A DNA stretch of 64,000 bases from a bacterium (GCA_965261595.1 CBDHDG010000005.1:928001-992000), one strand, 5' to 3'. Counted from the stretch's first letter, positions 28,883-40,111 are shown. Notes: generated from the sequence alone by a model not told the origin. Numbers and translations are program-made.

Positions 28883-29671
28883 ATGGAGTCGGATCATTTA
28901 CGGGTTGACGTCCAGGAAGGCATCGCGACCGTGACGTTGAACCGCCCGGAAAAGCGGAACGCGATCACCATCGGGATGTGGGGGTCTTTTGCCGGAATCA
29001 TGGAGCGGTTGGCCGCGGACCCCGAGGTGCGGGCCATCGTTTATCGGGGGGCCGGGGAAAAGGGGTTCTCCGCGGGCGGGGACATCTCCGAATTCACCGA
29101 GCTGATGAAGTCCCCGGAGCACGCGAAGGTGGAGTTCCCGATTATCCAGTCGGCCCTGGAATCCCTGGAGCGCTGTCCAAAGGCCGTGCTTTTCATGATC
29201 CACGGCTACGCGTACGGAGGGGCGATGATCCTGGCCACGGCGGGTCACATCCGAATCGCCGCGGAGGGCGCGAAGTTCGGCATCCCGTCGGCGCGGGTTG
29301 GCATCAGCGTGAGCTATCACGACACCGTCCGGACGGTCCGCCTGATCGGCCCCGCGAAAGCGAAGGAGCTATTTTTCACGGCTGGTGTGATCGACGCCGA
29401 GGAGGCGAAGCAGTGCGGCCTCGTGAACCGGGTCGTCCCCTTGGCCGATCTGGAGAAGACCACGTATGACATGGCGCGGACCATCGCGCGCATGGCGCCG
29501 CTCTCCATCGCCGGGGCCAACGAAACCGTCAACACCTGCACCGCCGACCCGGGCTTGACGACCGTCAAGGAAGGCGACGCCCTGACGGTGAAGACCTTTA
29601 TGAGCGAAGACTTTCAGGAAGGGGTGAACGCCTTCCTGGAAAAGAGAGAGCCGAAGTTCGTCGGCCGGTAG
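28883..29671 (+). CDS. Enoyl-CoA hydratase/isomerase family protein
   Basis: TLNRPEKRNA, FSAGGDI, EGVNAFLEKREPKF. Confidence 0.88.
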   Translation: MESDHLRVDVQEGIATVTLNRPEKRNAITIGMWGSFAGIMERLAADPEVRAIVYRGAGEKGFSAGGDISEFTELMKSPEHAKVEFPIIQSALESLERCPKAVLFMIHGYAYGGAMILATAGHIRIAAEGAKFGIPSARVGISVSYHDTVRTVRLIGPAKAKELFFTAGVIDAEEAKQCGLVNRVVPLADLEKTTYDMARTIARMAPLSIAGANETVNTCTADPGLTTVKEGDALTVKTFMSEDFQEGVNAFLEKREPKFVGR

Positions 29672-29678
29672 CCGCCGG

Positions 29679-30263
29679 GTGTCGCGCGCGGTTGAATCCC
29701 ACGAGGAGGAAGCCTTTGAACGGGTCCAGGACAGTCCCCAGATTGCTTGCGTGTTGAGCCGGGAGAGGGGGGTGTTGTCGGCGGCGGCGCGGCGGCGTCA
29801 TTACCGGCGGCTTCGGGAAGCGTTCGCCGCCGCGCCGGTGGTCGCGACCCTCGACTACCGAATCGTCCGGCTTGACGAAGGCTTCGCACGAATCGGGATC
29901 CGGAATCGGCCTGAGCTGCGTCAGGAGCGGGGACGGCTGCACGGCGCCCTCCTGGGTCTGCTGGCCGACGCGGCGGGCGCGTATGCGGTCTTGACCCTCG
30001 TTCCGGGCGGGGAAGTCCTGACCATCGAGTTCAAGATCAACTTTCTCACGGGCGCGGTAGGTAAGCGCGTCTTTGCGGATGCCCGCGTCGTGCGGTTGGG
30101 AAAGACTGTGGCGGTCACCGAGATGGACGTGTGGTGCGGTCCCGGAGAGAAGGTCGCCGTCGGGCTCGGAACGTACCGTGTCTTTTCCCCGGACGGTCAA
30201 GAGGGGTCCGCCGCCCCCGAACGGGCGGGATCGGCCGGGGCGCGCACCAAGAAGAAAATGTAG
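29679..30263 (+). CDS. PaaI-family thioesterase (true start may be ~29772)
   Basis: LHGALLGLLADAAG, TIEFKINFL. Confidence 0.78.
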   Translation: MSRAVESHEEEAFERVQDSPQIACVLSRERGVLSAAARRRHYRRLREAFAAAPVVATLDYRIVRLDEGFARIGIRNRPELRQERGRLHGALLGLLADAAGAYAVLTLVPGGEVLTIEFKINFLTGAVGKRVFADARVVRLGKTVAVTEMDVWCGPGEKVAVGLGTYRVFSPDGQEGSAAPERAGSAGARTKKKM

Positions 30264-30345
30264 ACAAGCGGTTTCGAGGCGTCGTGCCGGGGACGGTGTT
30301 TGGCGTCGCCCTGCCTTATGGAAACAATCAGGGAGGTTTTCAAAG

Positions 30346-31218
30346 ATGCCGGTGGCGAGTGTGGCGGTGATCGGCTGCGGGACGATGGGCTCCGGGATCG
30401 CCCAAGTCTGCGCCCGGGCGAAGCTCCCGGTCCTCGTCACCGAAATGGACGAAGACGCGCTCGAAGAGGGAATGGAGCGCATCCGGGCTTTTCTCGACCA
30501 GGGGGTGAAGCGGGAGAAGGTCGCCGTTGAGGATCGGGATGCGGTCCTCGCCGGGATTGTCGGGACGACCCGCCTCGACGATCTTGCGGATTGCGACCTG
30601 GTGATTGAGGCCGTCTCGGAGGACATGGACCTCAAGGTGGGTCTCTTTCGCCGGTTGGATGAGGTTTGCAAGGCGTCCTGCGTCTTCGCGAGCAACACTT
30701 CCTCGCTCAACATTACGTCGCTCGCGCGCGAGACCTCAAGGCCCGGGAGCTTCATCGGGCTTCATTTCTTCAATCCCGCTCCCCTGATGCCGCTCGTGGA
30801 AGTGGTCCGGACGAAGATCGCCAAGGAAGAAACGGTTTCCGAGGGGATTGACTTCATCCGCCGGCTCGGGAAGGAGCCCATCGTTTGCGATGACCAGCCC
30901 GGCTTCATCGTCAACCGATTGATCACCCCGTTCCTGAATGAAGCGATGCGGGCGCTGGATGGCGGACTGGCATCGCCCGCCGACATCGACAAGGCCATTC
31001 GCCTGGGCCTGGGGCACCCGATGGGACCGTTTGAGTTGCTGGACATGGTGGGGCTGGATACAAGCCGCGCGGTCGCCAGTTCTCTCCACGAGCAAACCCG
31101 GGATCCGCAATTCGCCTCGCCGCCCCTGCTCGACCGGATGGTTCAGGATGGGGCTCTGGGGCGAAAGACCGGACGGGGCTTCTTCGACTATCCGCCCAAA
31201 AGGGAAAGCAACGACTAA
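30346..31218 (+). CDS. 3-hydroxybutyryl-/3-hydroxyacyl-CoA dehydrogenase
   Basis: GCGTMGSG, SNTSS, GLHFFNP, PGFIVNR, HPMGP. Confidence 0.92.
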   Translation: MPVASVAVIGCGTMGSGIAQVCARAKLPVLVTEMDEDALEEGMERIRAFLDQGVKREKVAVEDRDAVLAGIVGTTRLDDLADCDLVIEAVSEDMDLKVGLFRRLDEVCKASCVFASNTSSLNITSLARETSRPGSFIGLHFFNPAPLMPLVEVVRTKIAKEETVSEGIDFIRRLGKEPIVCDDQPGFIVNRLITPFLNEAMRALDGGLASPADIDKAIRLGLGHPMGPFELLDMVGLDTSRAVASSLHEQTRDPQFASPPLLDRMVQDGALGRKTGRGFFDYPPKRESND

Positions 31219-31460
31219 CCCAACCCCGCCCCGGCGGGTCTCCGGGGCCGGACGCAGCCATCGGGAGCCTGGGGTTTGCGTCGCATTTTATCGGTTCCTC
31301 TCAAGGGATTCCTTTCTTCACGCGGCCCCGCGGTTAGAGTGAACCCAAACCGATGTGCGCCTGAATGCCGAAATCCCGTGAATTCGGTTCCGGGCGTTTC
31401 TTCGGATTCGGACCCCTGGCCTCACTGAGAATCACATCAAGTCGGATGAAGGAGCTCGCC

Positions 31461-31883
31461 ATGTTGCTGGTTCCATACACCCCTCCCTCTGAACCGGTGG
31501 TCAAACCTTTAACGGGACAATATGATTTCACCGGGAAAGTGGGGATGAGCCGGTTGATCGACATCGACGAGGGGTCCCGCGTGAGAACCGCCATCGTCCG
31601 TTTCGAGCCTTGCGCCCGAACCCTCTGGCACCACCACGTCGGGCAGCAGATCCTCTACATTGTCAGCGGAAAAGGACTGGCCCAGACTTGGGAGGATTGT
31701 CTTCGAAAAAAAGAGCCGGATGTCATCGCCCCGGGCGACGTGGTGTATTTTTCCCCGGGCGAGAAGCACTGGCACGGCGCGACGCCGGACAGCCCGCTGG
31801 AGAAAATCGCCTTCATCACCGGCGGAGAAACGATTTGGAATGAGGAGGTTTCAGAAGAGCAATACTTCCTCGCCAAATCGTAG
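31461..31883 (+). CDS. Cupin domain protein
   Basis: RTLWHHH.GQ.LYI, PGEKHWHGA. Confidence 0.82.
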   Translation: MLLVPYTPPSEPVVKPLTGQYDFTGKVGMSRLIDIDEGSRVRTAIVRFEPCARTLWHHHVGQQILYIVSGKGLAQTWEDCLRKKEPDVIAPGDVVYFSPGEKHWHGATPDSPLEKIAFITGGETIWNEEVSEEQYFLAKS

Positions 31884-32312
31884 TAAAGAATTCGGTCGCT
31901 TTCCCGTTCACGCCGATTTTCGTCCCAAACGGGTTGAAGAGCGGGCTCGCGCTTAAGGGTGTTCCGACCTCCTGCCGTTCCTGCTGCCCGGCCCCCTCCC
32001 TACTTTGGGCGAACCCCGAACTCTTCTCTGTTTGCCCGCCCTGGTTGTGAGATCCCCGGTCTGAAGTTTTCGGAGACGCGCGGCGATCATCGACATCGCC
32101 GCCCATCGTCCCGCTGTAATCACGCGGTGCGATTCCCTGGATGCGTGCGGGCTTGGCTCCGTTTTCCACCCTTGGTGATCGAAAATGTGCGAAAGGCGAA
32201 TTCCCGCTGGTATCAAGGGTTTTACAATCCTTTCGAGTAGGGGGTACAGGAATTGCATCTATCTTCGTTTGAACCTGACAACCTGGGATTTATCGAAGGG
32301 ATGGGGTGATGA

Positions 32313-33470
<1,158 letters not shown>

Positions 33471-33858
33471 AGGCTCGTCGTTGGACCTGTTTTCAGCCGT
33501 TCCTGATTCGTTGCCCCACGGTCTCCAACCGATCAGTCTCCGGCCGGATCGGATTTTCTTCCTTCTTCTCTTTCCCTCATCGAACAGCCCGCGCCGGTTC
33601 CTCCGGCGTCACCGCAAGCCGCCGGTTGAGGCGTCTGCCTTTCCGCGTTTCGTTGCCCGCAACCGGCCGGGTCTCTCCACCTCGGCCCGCCCCCGGGGGA
33701 GACGGAAGACGTTGAATGTCCATGGCTTGACCTTCACCGGAGAGGAGAGAGCGAGGATTTCTTCAAGGAAAGTTTGGAAATGATCAAAGGCGCTACGCGA
33801 GTCGGGCGCGGCTCTCGCCCTTTTCGCTTGAACCGGCGATCGGGATGGGCCCGGAAGG

Positions 33859-34287
33859 TTACGCTTCCTTTTCCATCATCGTCCTCATCGCCTCCTCGAA
33901 GGAAGCCGGGATCATGAACTCGAGGCCGTTGCCGTCGGGGTCCTGGAAGAAGAGTTGTTTCATGCCGAGGCCCGCGTTGGGGTTCTCGCAATAATCGATT
34001 CCCGCCTTCTCCAGCCGGTCCCGAATCTCAGAAAAATCCTCGATTCCCAGCGCTACGTGGCGGTTCCACGCGAGGTGGGTGAGGTGGTTGAACCGGGTCA
34101 CGGGGACGTACTCCTTGGGAAGCAGATGTATCTGCGTCGCCCCCACCTGATACCAGATCAGGGGTTTTCCGAAATCGGGCATGTCCGTCTTTTCCCTGAG
34201 GCCCAGCAGATCTCCGTAGAACTTGCGGGCGCGTTCGAGATCGGTCACGAGGATTGTCACATGATGAACGCCCAGGGGCTCGGGCAT
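33859..34287 (-). CDS. VOC/glyoxalase family protein
   Basis: HHVTILV, FYGDLLGL, HVAL, DPDGNGLEF. Confidence 0.82.
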   Translation of the reverse strand: MPEPLGVHHVTILVTDLERARKFYGDLLGLREKTDMPDFGKPLIWYQVGATQIHLLPKEYVPVTRFNHLTHLAWNRHVALGIEDFSEIRDRLEKAGIDYCENPNAGLGMKQLFFQDPDGNGLEFMIPASFEEAMRTMMEKEA

Positions 34288-34373
34288 GATTTTCTCTCCT
34301 CGAAAAAGGGGAAAACCCGGTTCACTCAGGGATTCGCGGAAACGGACAAGAGGGCAGGGCTCTCCAAAGAACC

Positions 34374-34955
34374 TTAAGCGGCGCCGATCGGCGGCTCCGT
34401 TCCGGCTGTCAGCCTTCTCAGGTTGTCCTTGTGCTTCAGGATAATGATGAAGGCCGCGATCCCCCCGGCCGCGATCAACTGCGGGGCGGCGTCCAGACCC
34501 CAAAGAGATATAGGCAAAACGACCGCCGAGGCGACAGACCCCACCGAGACCCTGCGGCTGGCTTTCACGGACAAGGCGAAGACGAGAAGGCAGATGAGGA
34601 GCGGGAGAGGCGCCACGGCGAGAAACGCGCCGGCGGTCGCCGCCACGCCCTTTCCGCCCCGGAACCGAAGCCACGGGGAATAGACGTGCCCCAGAACGAC
34701 GGCCAGACAGACCGTGGCCACCCATCCGGGCGGCAGCCCGGCCGCTCGCGCGAAGAGGACGGCGGGAACGCCCTTTCCGATGTCGCAGGCCAGCGTCCAG
34801 CTTCCTTCGCGCTTGCCGACGGAGCGGCCCACGTTCGTGGCGCCGATGTTTCCGCTGCCCGTCGCGCGGATATCCACCCCGCGGGATAGGGCGAAGAGCA
34901 AGCCGAAGGGGATGGAGCCGAGGAGATAGCCGACGATCACAACGAACCCGTTCAC
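34374..34955 (-). CDS. plsY: Glycerol-3-phosphate acyltransferase
   Basis: YLLGSIPFG, GSGNIGATN, FRGGKGVA, KHKDNLRRL. Confidence 0.93.
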   Translation of the reverse strand: MNGFVVIVGYLLGSIPFGLLFALSRGVDIRATGSGNIGATNVGRSVGKREGSWTLACDIGKGVPAVLFARAAGLPPGWVATVCLAVVLGHVYSPWLRFRGGKGVAATAGAFLAVAPLPLLICLLVFALSVKASRRVSVGSVASAVVLPISLWGLDAAPQLIAAGGIAAFIIILKHKDNLRRLTAGTEPPIGAA

Positions 34956-34968
34956 AGCGGGGCTCCGC

Positions 34969-35568
34969 TCAAGGGGTGTTGACCTGCCGCCAGACCTGGC
35001 GAAAGTAGCTCAGGCCCGAGGCCAGGCTCAGGATTAATGCCGCCCACAGGGCCGTCATGCCGAGGACATGGAAATCCACAGGCCCCCAGTCCCAATCCAG
35101 GATCAGAAGGATCAGGGCGATCATTTGGAAGGCGGTTTTGGATTTTCCGCCGAAATTGGCGCTGATGACCATGCCCTTGCTGGCGGCCACCCACCGCAGT
35201 CCGGTGACGGTGATTTCCCGCCCGATGAGAAGGACCGCGATCCAGGCCGGCACCTCGCCGTATGTGGCGAGGGGGATCAGGGCGGAGACGAGGATGAGCT
35301 TGTCGGCGATGGGATCGAGGAGACGGCCCAGGTCGCTTTCCACCGACCAGCGGCGCGCGAGGTGCCCGTCCAGCCAATCGGTGAGTGATCCCAGGGCGAT
35401 CACCAGGGCGGCGATGGGGGCGTTGTACAGCCCCGGAGTCAGAAGAAGCATGATGATGATCGGCGCCAACAACAGGCGCAGCATGGTGATCCGGTTGGGG
35501 CTGAAGAGCTTCGGCGGGGCTTGCGCCGGGGCGGGTTCCGCGTCCCGGACTTTGACGGGTTGGGTCAT
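34969..35568 (-). CDS. pgsA: CDP-diacylglycerol--glycerol-3-phosphate 3-phosphatidyltransferase
   Basis: PNRITMLR, TDWLDGHLAR, GRLLDPIADK, GKSKTAFQ. Confidence 0.92.
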   Translation of the reverse strand: MTQPVKVRDAEPAPAQAPPKLFSPNRITMLRLLLAPIIIMLLLTPGLYNAPIAALVIALGSLTDWLDGHLARRWSVESDLGRLLDPIADKLILVSALIPLATYGEVPAWIAVLLIGREITVTGLRWVAASKGMVISANFGGKSKTAFQMIALILLILDWDWGPVDFHVLGMTALWAALILSLASGLSYFRQVWRQVNTP

Positions 35569-35588
35569 GATCCGCAGACGGCCGGCGT

Positions 35589-36515
35589 TCAGTTGAGGTA
35601 ATCGTGAAGGGCCTTCATTCGCGCGCGGGCTCGCAACCTCCGCTTGGCCTTCGTTTCAATTTGACGGATTCGCTCCCGAGACAGACCGACCTTCTTGCCG
35701 ATCTCTTCCAGGGTCATGGCGTCCCCCTCGAAGCCGAAGCGCATTCGCAGGATCTCCCGCTCGCGTGGCGACAGTTCTTTGAGGAGGGCCGCAACCTCTC
35801 TGGACAAGGAGCGTCGCACCATGCCCTCCTCGACGGAGGGCATGTCCTTGGATTCCAACAAGTCCAGGTAGCGTGTGTCCTCTCCCTCGGTGACCGGAGC
35901 GTCCAGCGACAGATGGTTGCGGTAGACGCGCAGGATGATGTCGATCTCCTCTGTGGTCTGCCCCAACGCCTTGGCCAGCTCGTCCGTGGTGGGCTCCCGG
36001 CCGCGCGCCTGCCTGATCTCCTGATACTTCTCGCCGATCTTGTAGAGTTTTCCCGCCTGTTTGATGGGAAGGCGCACCGTTCCGGATTGTTCGGCCAGTG
36101 CGTGCATGATGGATTGACGGATCCACCACACCCCATAGGTGATGAACTTGACGCCCTTGTCCGGATCGAAGCGCCTGGCCGCTTGAATCAAGCCGATGTT
36201 CCCCTCGTTGATTAGGTCCAGCAGGGACAGCCCACTGTTTTTGTATTTGTTGGCCACGCTCACCACGTATTTGAGGTTGCTGCGGATGAGCTTGTCCATG
36301 GCCTCCGGGTTTCCCCGAATCACCTCGCGGGCAAGGACCTGCTCCTGTTCCCGCGTCAGAACCGGGATGTCGCGGATCTCCTTCAGGTAGGAGGAGAGAG
36401 AGTCGGCCGTGACAGGTTCGAAGTCCCGTGGATCGGAATGCGACCCTGCTTTCGAGTCCGGGTCCGGGTCGTTCTCGGGAGAGTCGAATTTTTCAAGGTC
36501 ATCTGACATGGCCAT
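35589..36515 (-). CDS. RNA polymerase sigma70-family factor (RpoD/RpoS-like, no region 1.1)
   Basis: YLKEI, DLINEGNIGL, FITYGVWWIRQ, TLEEIG..SRERIRQIE. Confidence 0.9.
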   Translation of the reverse strand: MAMSDDLEKFDSPENDPDPDSKAGSHSDPRDFEPVTADSLSSYLKEIRDIPVLTREQEQVLAREVIRGNPEAMDKLIRSNLKYVVSVANKYKNSGLSLLDLINEGNIGLIQAARRFDPDKGVKFITYGVWWIRQSIMHALAEQSGTVRLPIKQAGKLYKIGEKYQEIRQARGREPTTDELAKALGQTTEEIDIILRVYRNHLSLDAPVTEGEDTRYLDLLESKDMPSVEEGMVRRSLSREVAALLKELSPREREILRMRFGFEGDAMTLEEIGKKVGLSRERIRQIETKAKRRLRARARMKALHDYLN

Positions 36516-36612
36516 CAAACCGGAAGCGGAGGAACCGAAAGGATCGGCGCACCTTCTCACCAGAAGGCTGTATGCCTATGTTAGCACGCTTGAAACTGCG
36601 CGTCCAAAAGGC

Positions 36613-37431
36613 TCAACGGGTTTTGGAAGCCGATTGCGCCAATTTTGGTAGCTTGCGGAGCAAGCTCCGTGCCTTTTTATGGTATCGGCTCTTGGGGTGA
36701 GAGCGAATCAGCCGCCGCAGCGCTATCCCCGCCTTCCGGAAATTCTCCTCCCGACGATAAGAATCCGCCAGATAGTACAGGGCGGCGGCCGCGGCGGGGC
36801 CCTTGGGATAATCTTTCAACAGCCGGAGGAATCTCGGGATGGCGGACTGATAATTGCTGTCGGAATAGTGGAACCGGGCGACCAGCAACTCCTTCCGGGC
36901 CAGCCGGGCTTCCAGTTCGGTCACCTTCGGGCCGGCCTCGGCGTTCAAGGGGGTGTCGGGGAATTGGCGCACGAGCCGCCGGAAATTCGCCAAGGCGTTC
37001 TCGGCTTCGATCTGGTCCCGGTCGACGCTGGCGAGGCGGTTGTAGTCGCACATCGCGAGGAAGTAATAGGCCCGGGGCGTTTGCGGGTTGACCGGGTAAA
37101 GCTGGACGAACTTGTCGTACTGAAACTTGGCCTCATCGTATTCCTTGGAGGCGTAAAAGGAGTCCGCGAGGCTGATGAGGGCTACGCTGCGAAGGTTGCT
37201 CTCCGGGTATTCCTGGAGGATCCAGTTGAATGCCGCCCGGGCCCGCTCGAAATCCCGACCCCGCATGTTCTCCCGGCCCAGGACGATCAGGTCCCCCGCG
37301 GAGGAAGCGGAGGGAGGGGCTTTTCGGGCCGAGCATCCCCCAAGGATAAGAAGGGAGGCCAGAACGATGATAGCGGCCCCGATCGGCCGCTTGGGGCGGA
37401 GTCGTAGGAGGAATATCGGCAAAAGACGCAT
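36613..37431 (-). CDS. bamD: Outer membrane protein assembly lipoprotein BamD
   Basis: Lipobox LGGC, TPR repeats, DRDQ, FP.. Confidence 0.82.
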   Translation of the reverse strand: MRLLPIFLLRLRPKRPIGAAIIVLASLLILGGCSARKAPPSASSAGDLIVLGRENMRGRDFERARAAFNWILQEYPESNLRSVALISLADSFYASKEYDEAKFQYDKFVQLYPVNPQTPRAYYFLAMCDYNRLASVDRDQIEAENALANFRRLVRQFPDTPLNAEAGPKVTELEARLARKELLVARFHYSDSNYQSAIPRFLRLLKDYPKGPAAAAALYYLADSYRREENFRKAGIALRRLIRSHPKSRYHKKARSLLRKLPKLAQSASKTR

Positions 37432-37611
37432 AGGACCCAGGCCACCTTCAAGCTTGGGCGGGAATCACTGAAGCCCCCCCCGTGACGCCGAACAACCGAT
37501 TCTCATCCTAACCGCGGGCCGGTGGATCGTCAAGGGAGTCAGAAGAGAGAAATGGCGCCGCCGCCCGGTTGACTTGACCCGTGCCGGACTTTGTGCCAAT
37601 TTACGCCTGCG

Positions 37612-37878
37612 ATGGAAAAGACGGAAATCCGGCCTCAAATTGACGATTTGGACGAGCAAATCGTCCGGTTGCTGAACCGCCGGGCGGCCCTGGGACTCCG
37701 GGTAGGGGAGGCCAAACGGGTTCGGGGCGAGCCGATTCATGACCCGGACCGGGAAGCGGAAGTTCTCAAGCGCGTTTCCTCGATGACGACGGGTCCCCTC
37801 CCGGCGGACGCCCTGAGCCGAATCTACTCGCGGATCATCGAGGAGACCCGGAGTCTGGAAGAGTCGGAATCAGGCTGA
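37612..37878 (+). CDS. Chorismate mutase (AroQ type)
   Basis: RPQIDDLDEQIVRLLNRR, DPDREAEV. Confidence 0.85.
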   Translation: MEKTEIRPQIDDLDEQIVRLLNRRAALGLRVGEAKRVRGEPIHDPDREAEVLKRVSSMTTGPLPADALSRIYSRIIEETRSLEESESG

Positions 37879-37955
37879 ATGAATGGCGTTGTGACGCAAG
37901 GCAAGCCCTCGTGAGGTGAATCACCCCCTTCGAATTCCGCATTTTGAATTCAAGC

Positions 37956-37984
37956 TTGACATCCGAATCTCCGACTTGTAACTT
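37956..37984 (+). promoter_or_regulatory. Sigma70 promoter of the atp Fo operon
   Basis: TTGACA-N17-TAACTT. Confidence 0.65.
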
Positions 37985-37989
37985 CGCCT

Positions 37990-38007
37990 TTGTGAAATAA
38001 TTATCAT
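37990..38007. promoter_or_regulatory. Candidate Rex operator
   Basis: TTGTGAAATAATTATCAT vs consensus TTGTGAAnnnnTTCACAA; overlaps predicted +1; rex gene lies downstream. Confidence 0.55.
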
Positions 38008-38028
38008 GCTCCTCAGGAGGTCTTGGCC

Positions 38029-38379
38029 GTGAGCCCCGGCCGGAAACCGGAGTCGGCTTCGACGCCATCACAAGATTCAGAACGGGCCTCGGAGGAAACG
38101 GGGGGGCCGCCGAAATCCTCCGGCGGTAGCGGCTTGCGCCAAATGGGCGACCTGCTGTCGATGGGATGGAACCTCGCCCTTTGCATTGGGGTGGGTCTGA
38201 CGCTGGGGGTCTTGCTCGACAAGTGGCTGGATACGCGGCCGTGGGGGATCCTCATTTTCCTCCTCCTGGGGGTTGCGGCGGGGTTTGTCAACCTGTTTCG
38301 GACGGCGATTCGCCTGGGCGAAAAAGATGACGGCGCGGGTTCAACAACGAACGAAAATCGTGGAGACGATGACGGATGA
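38029..38379 (+). CDS. AtpZ/AtpQ-family ATP synthase accessory protein
   Basis: G..LDKWLDT.PW, LGVAAGFVNLFR; SD AGGAGG. Confidence 0.8.
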   Translation: MSPGRKPESASTPSQDSERASEETGGPPKSSGGSGLRQMGDLLSMGWNLALCIGVGLTLGVLLDKWLDTRPWGILIFLLLGVAAGFVNLFRTAIRLGEKDDGAGSTTNENRGDDDG

Positions 38380-38809
38380 CGTCTTCCTGATTGCCGTGGA
38401 GCGGCGGGGTTGGGCTTCGCTCGCCGCGGCGTCCATGTTTGTCCTTGGGTTCTTCGGGTTCGACGCGGCCGGAGGGGTGGTTTTGGGCGGGGCCGTGGGC
38501 TTGCTGAATTTTCGGCTGATCAAGGTGTATTTCGGCAGGGTCCTGAGGCGGGGCCGCCGGCCGGCGGGGTGGATGCATGTGGCGTACATGGGGAAGTACG
38601 CCGCCCTGGCGCTGCTCCTGGCGGCTTTCTTCCGCGTTTTGGGGCCGCACCCCCTGGGGGTGATCGCCGGGTTTTCCATCTCGGTTGCGGCGCTGATATG
38701 GGGCGGCTTGGCCGTTTCTGAAGACACCGGCAAGGGCGAGGGCGCTGATTCGATGAAAGGTCTTTCAATGATGAGTCGTCTGGCGAGGCGGACGGGGATG
38801 CGGGCATGA
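38369..38809 (+). CDS. atpI: ATP synthase protein I
   Basis: Four hydrophobic segments; position before atpB. Confidence 0.72.
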   Translation: MTDDVFLIAVERRGWASLAAASMFVLGFFGFDAAGGVVLGGAVGLLNFRLIKVYFGRVLRRGRRPAGWMHVAYMGKYAALALLLAAFFRVLGPHPLGVIAGFSISVAALIWGGLAVSEDTGKGEGADSMKGLSMMSRLARRTGMRA

Positions 38810-39486
38810 AAGAGCCCTTCATGTATTTTTATATTCCGGGTCTGCCGCTCCACGTGGTGTATACGTGGCTGCTGATGATCGTTCTGGTGGCGGTGTCCCT
38901 GGTTATCAAGCGCTCGCTCCAGTGGGCGCCGGCGGGCGGCCAGAATTTCTTCGAGGTGTGTTTCGGGGGTCTGCTCGATCTGATCGACAGCGTGATGGGT
39001 CGCAAAGGCCGGGCCTATTTCCCGCTCCTGGCCACCCTCGGGATCTATATCTTCGCTTCCAACCTGATGGGTCTCATTCCCGGGATGTTCTCACCGACGG
39101 CGAATATCAATACGACGGCCTCGTGCGCCATCACCGTGTTTTTGATGACCCATTACGTTGGGGCGAAGACCCATGGCTGGGGTTATCTCAAGCAGTTCAC
39201 CGGGCCCATTTGGTGGCTCGCTCCATTAATGATAGTCATCGAGGTGATCGGGCACTTGGCCCGTCCTTTATCATTGTCGGTCCGCCTGTTCGGGAACATC
39301 TTCGGGAAGGAACAGGTGATCGTGAACATTTTCGTTCTCAGTCTCTTGTTCAAATTTCTTTGGCTGCCCGTGCTGGCGCCTTCTTTGATTCTCGTCTTCG
39401 CAATTTTCATGAGTCTGATCCAGGCGTTCGTGTTTGTGCTCCTGTCGATGATTTACCTGGCCGGTGCTTTGGAAGAGCATCACTGA
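38806..39486 (+). CDS. atpB: ATP synthase Fo subunit a
   Basis: NLMGLIPG, SPTANIN, RPLSLSVRLFGN, QAFVF. Confidence 0.95.
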   Translation: MKEPFMYFYIPGLPLHVVYTWLLMIVLVAVSLVIKRSLQWAPAGGQNFFEVCFGGLLDLIDSVMGRKGRAYFPLLATLGIYIFASNLMGLIPGMFSPTANINTTASCAITVFLMTHYVGAKTHGWGYLKQFTGPIWWLAPLMIVIEVIGHLARPLSLSVRLFGNIFGKEQVIVNIFVLSLLFKFLWLPVLAPSLILVFAIFMSLIQAFVFVLLSMIYLAGALEEHH

Positions 39487-39510
39487 TTGGATGAGGGAAA
39501 GGAGAATTTG

Positions 39511-39876
39511 ATGAATCGAAAAGTGCTTGGAGTCCTACTCCTGGGGGGGGGTTCCCTCCTGCTTGCGGGCGAAGCCGCCTGGGCGGCCGAGGCCGCCGAA
39601 AAGGGGGGAGCGGGCGCCGGAAAGATGACCTACTATCTGGTGGCCGCGTTCAGTTGCATGTTCGGGCTGGGGATGGCCGCCGTCGGCGGGGCCGCGGCCC
39701 AGGGCAAGGGAATCGCCAGCGCTCTGGACGGAATGGCCAGAAACCCGGGAGCGGCCGCTGATATCCGGACGTCGCTCATCATCGGATTGGCGCTGATCGA
39801 ATCGCTGGTCATCTACGTCCTGTTGGTGGCCATTATTCTGTTGTTCGTCGACCCATTCAAGCTGTTGGGCGGTTGA
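39511..39876 (+). CDS. atpE: ATP synthase Fo subunit c with N-terminal extension
   Basis: ARNP loop, [17 protein letters not shown]. Confidence 0.93.
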   Translation: MNRKVLGVLLLGGGSLLLAGEAAWAAEAAEKGGAGAGKMTYYLVAAFSCMFGLGMAAVGGAAAQGKGIASALDGMARNPGAAADIRTSLIIGLALIESLVIYVLLVAIILLFVDPFKLLGG

Positions 39877-39887
39877 CGCGACAGGTC

Positions 39888-39924
39888 GCCGGCCGGGGGA
39901 TCGGAAGCCGGTCCCCCGGCCGGC
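39888..39924 (+). terminator. GC-rich 13-bp hairpin after atpE (no U-tract)
   Basis: gccggccggggga / tcccccggccggc. Confidence 0.55.
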
Positions 39925-40111
39925 TCCAAGAGACGGACACCCATTCGACACGGCGGGGTCCGTGCATCACCGTAGCGCCCTCAGTCCAAATTCGGTCGAA
40001 TCAATCGCGATGATCTCTCCGAACGACAAGTCCGGGCGCCCATGCGGAAAAGGAAAAACGGCCCCCCGCGGCCTCCCCTCCGGCCGCGCCTTGAAGTCGC
40101 CCGGGAGCCGA

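Noticed and set aside
32240..32305. TPP riboswitch-like GAACCTGA...GAAGGGA upstream of mreB
   Set aside because: Lacks the CTGAGA and TAAT elements, and the downstream gene does not fit.
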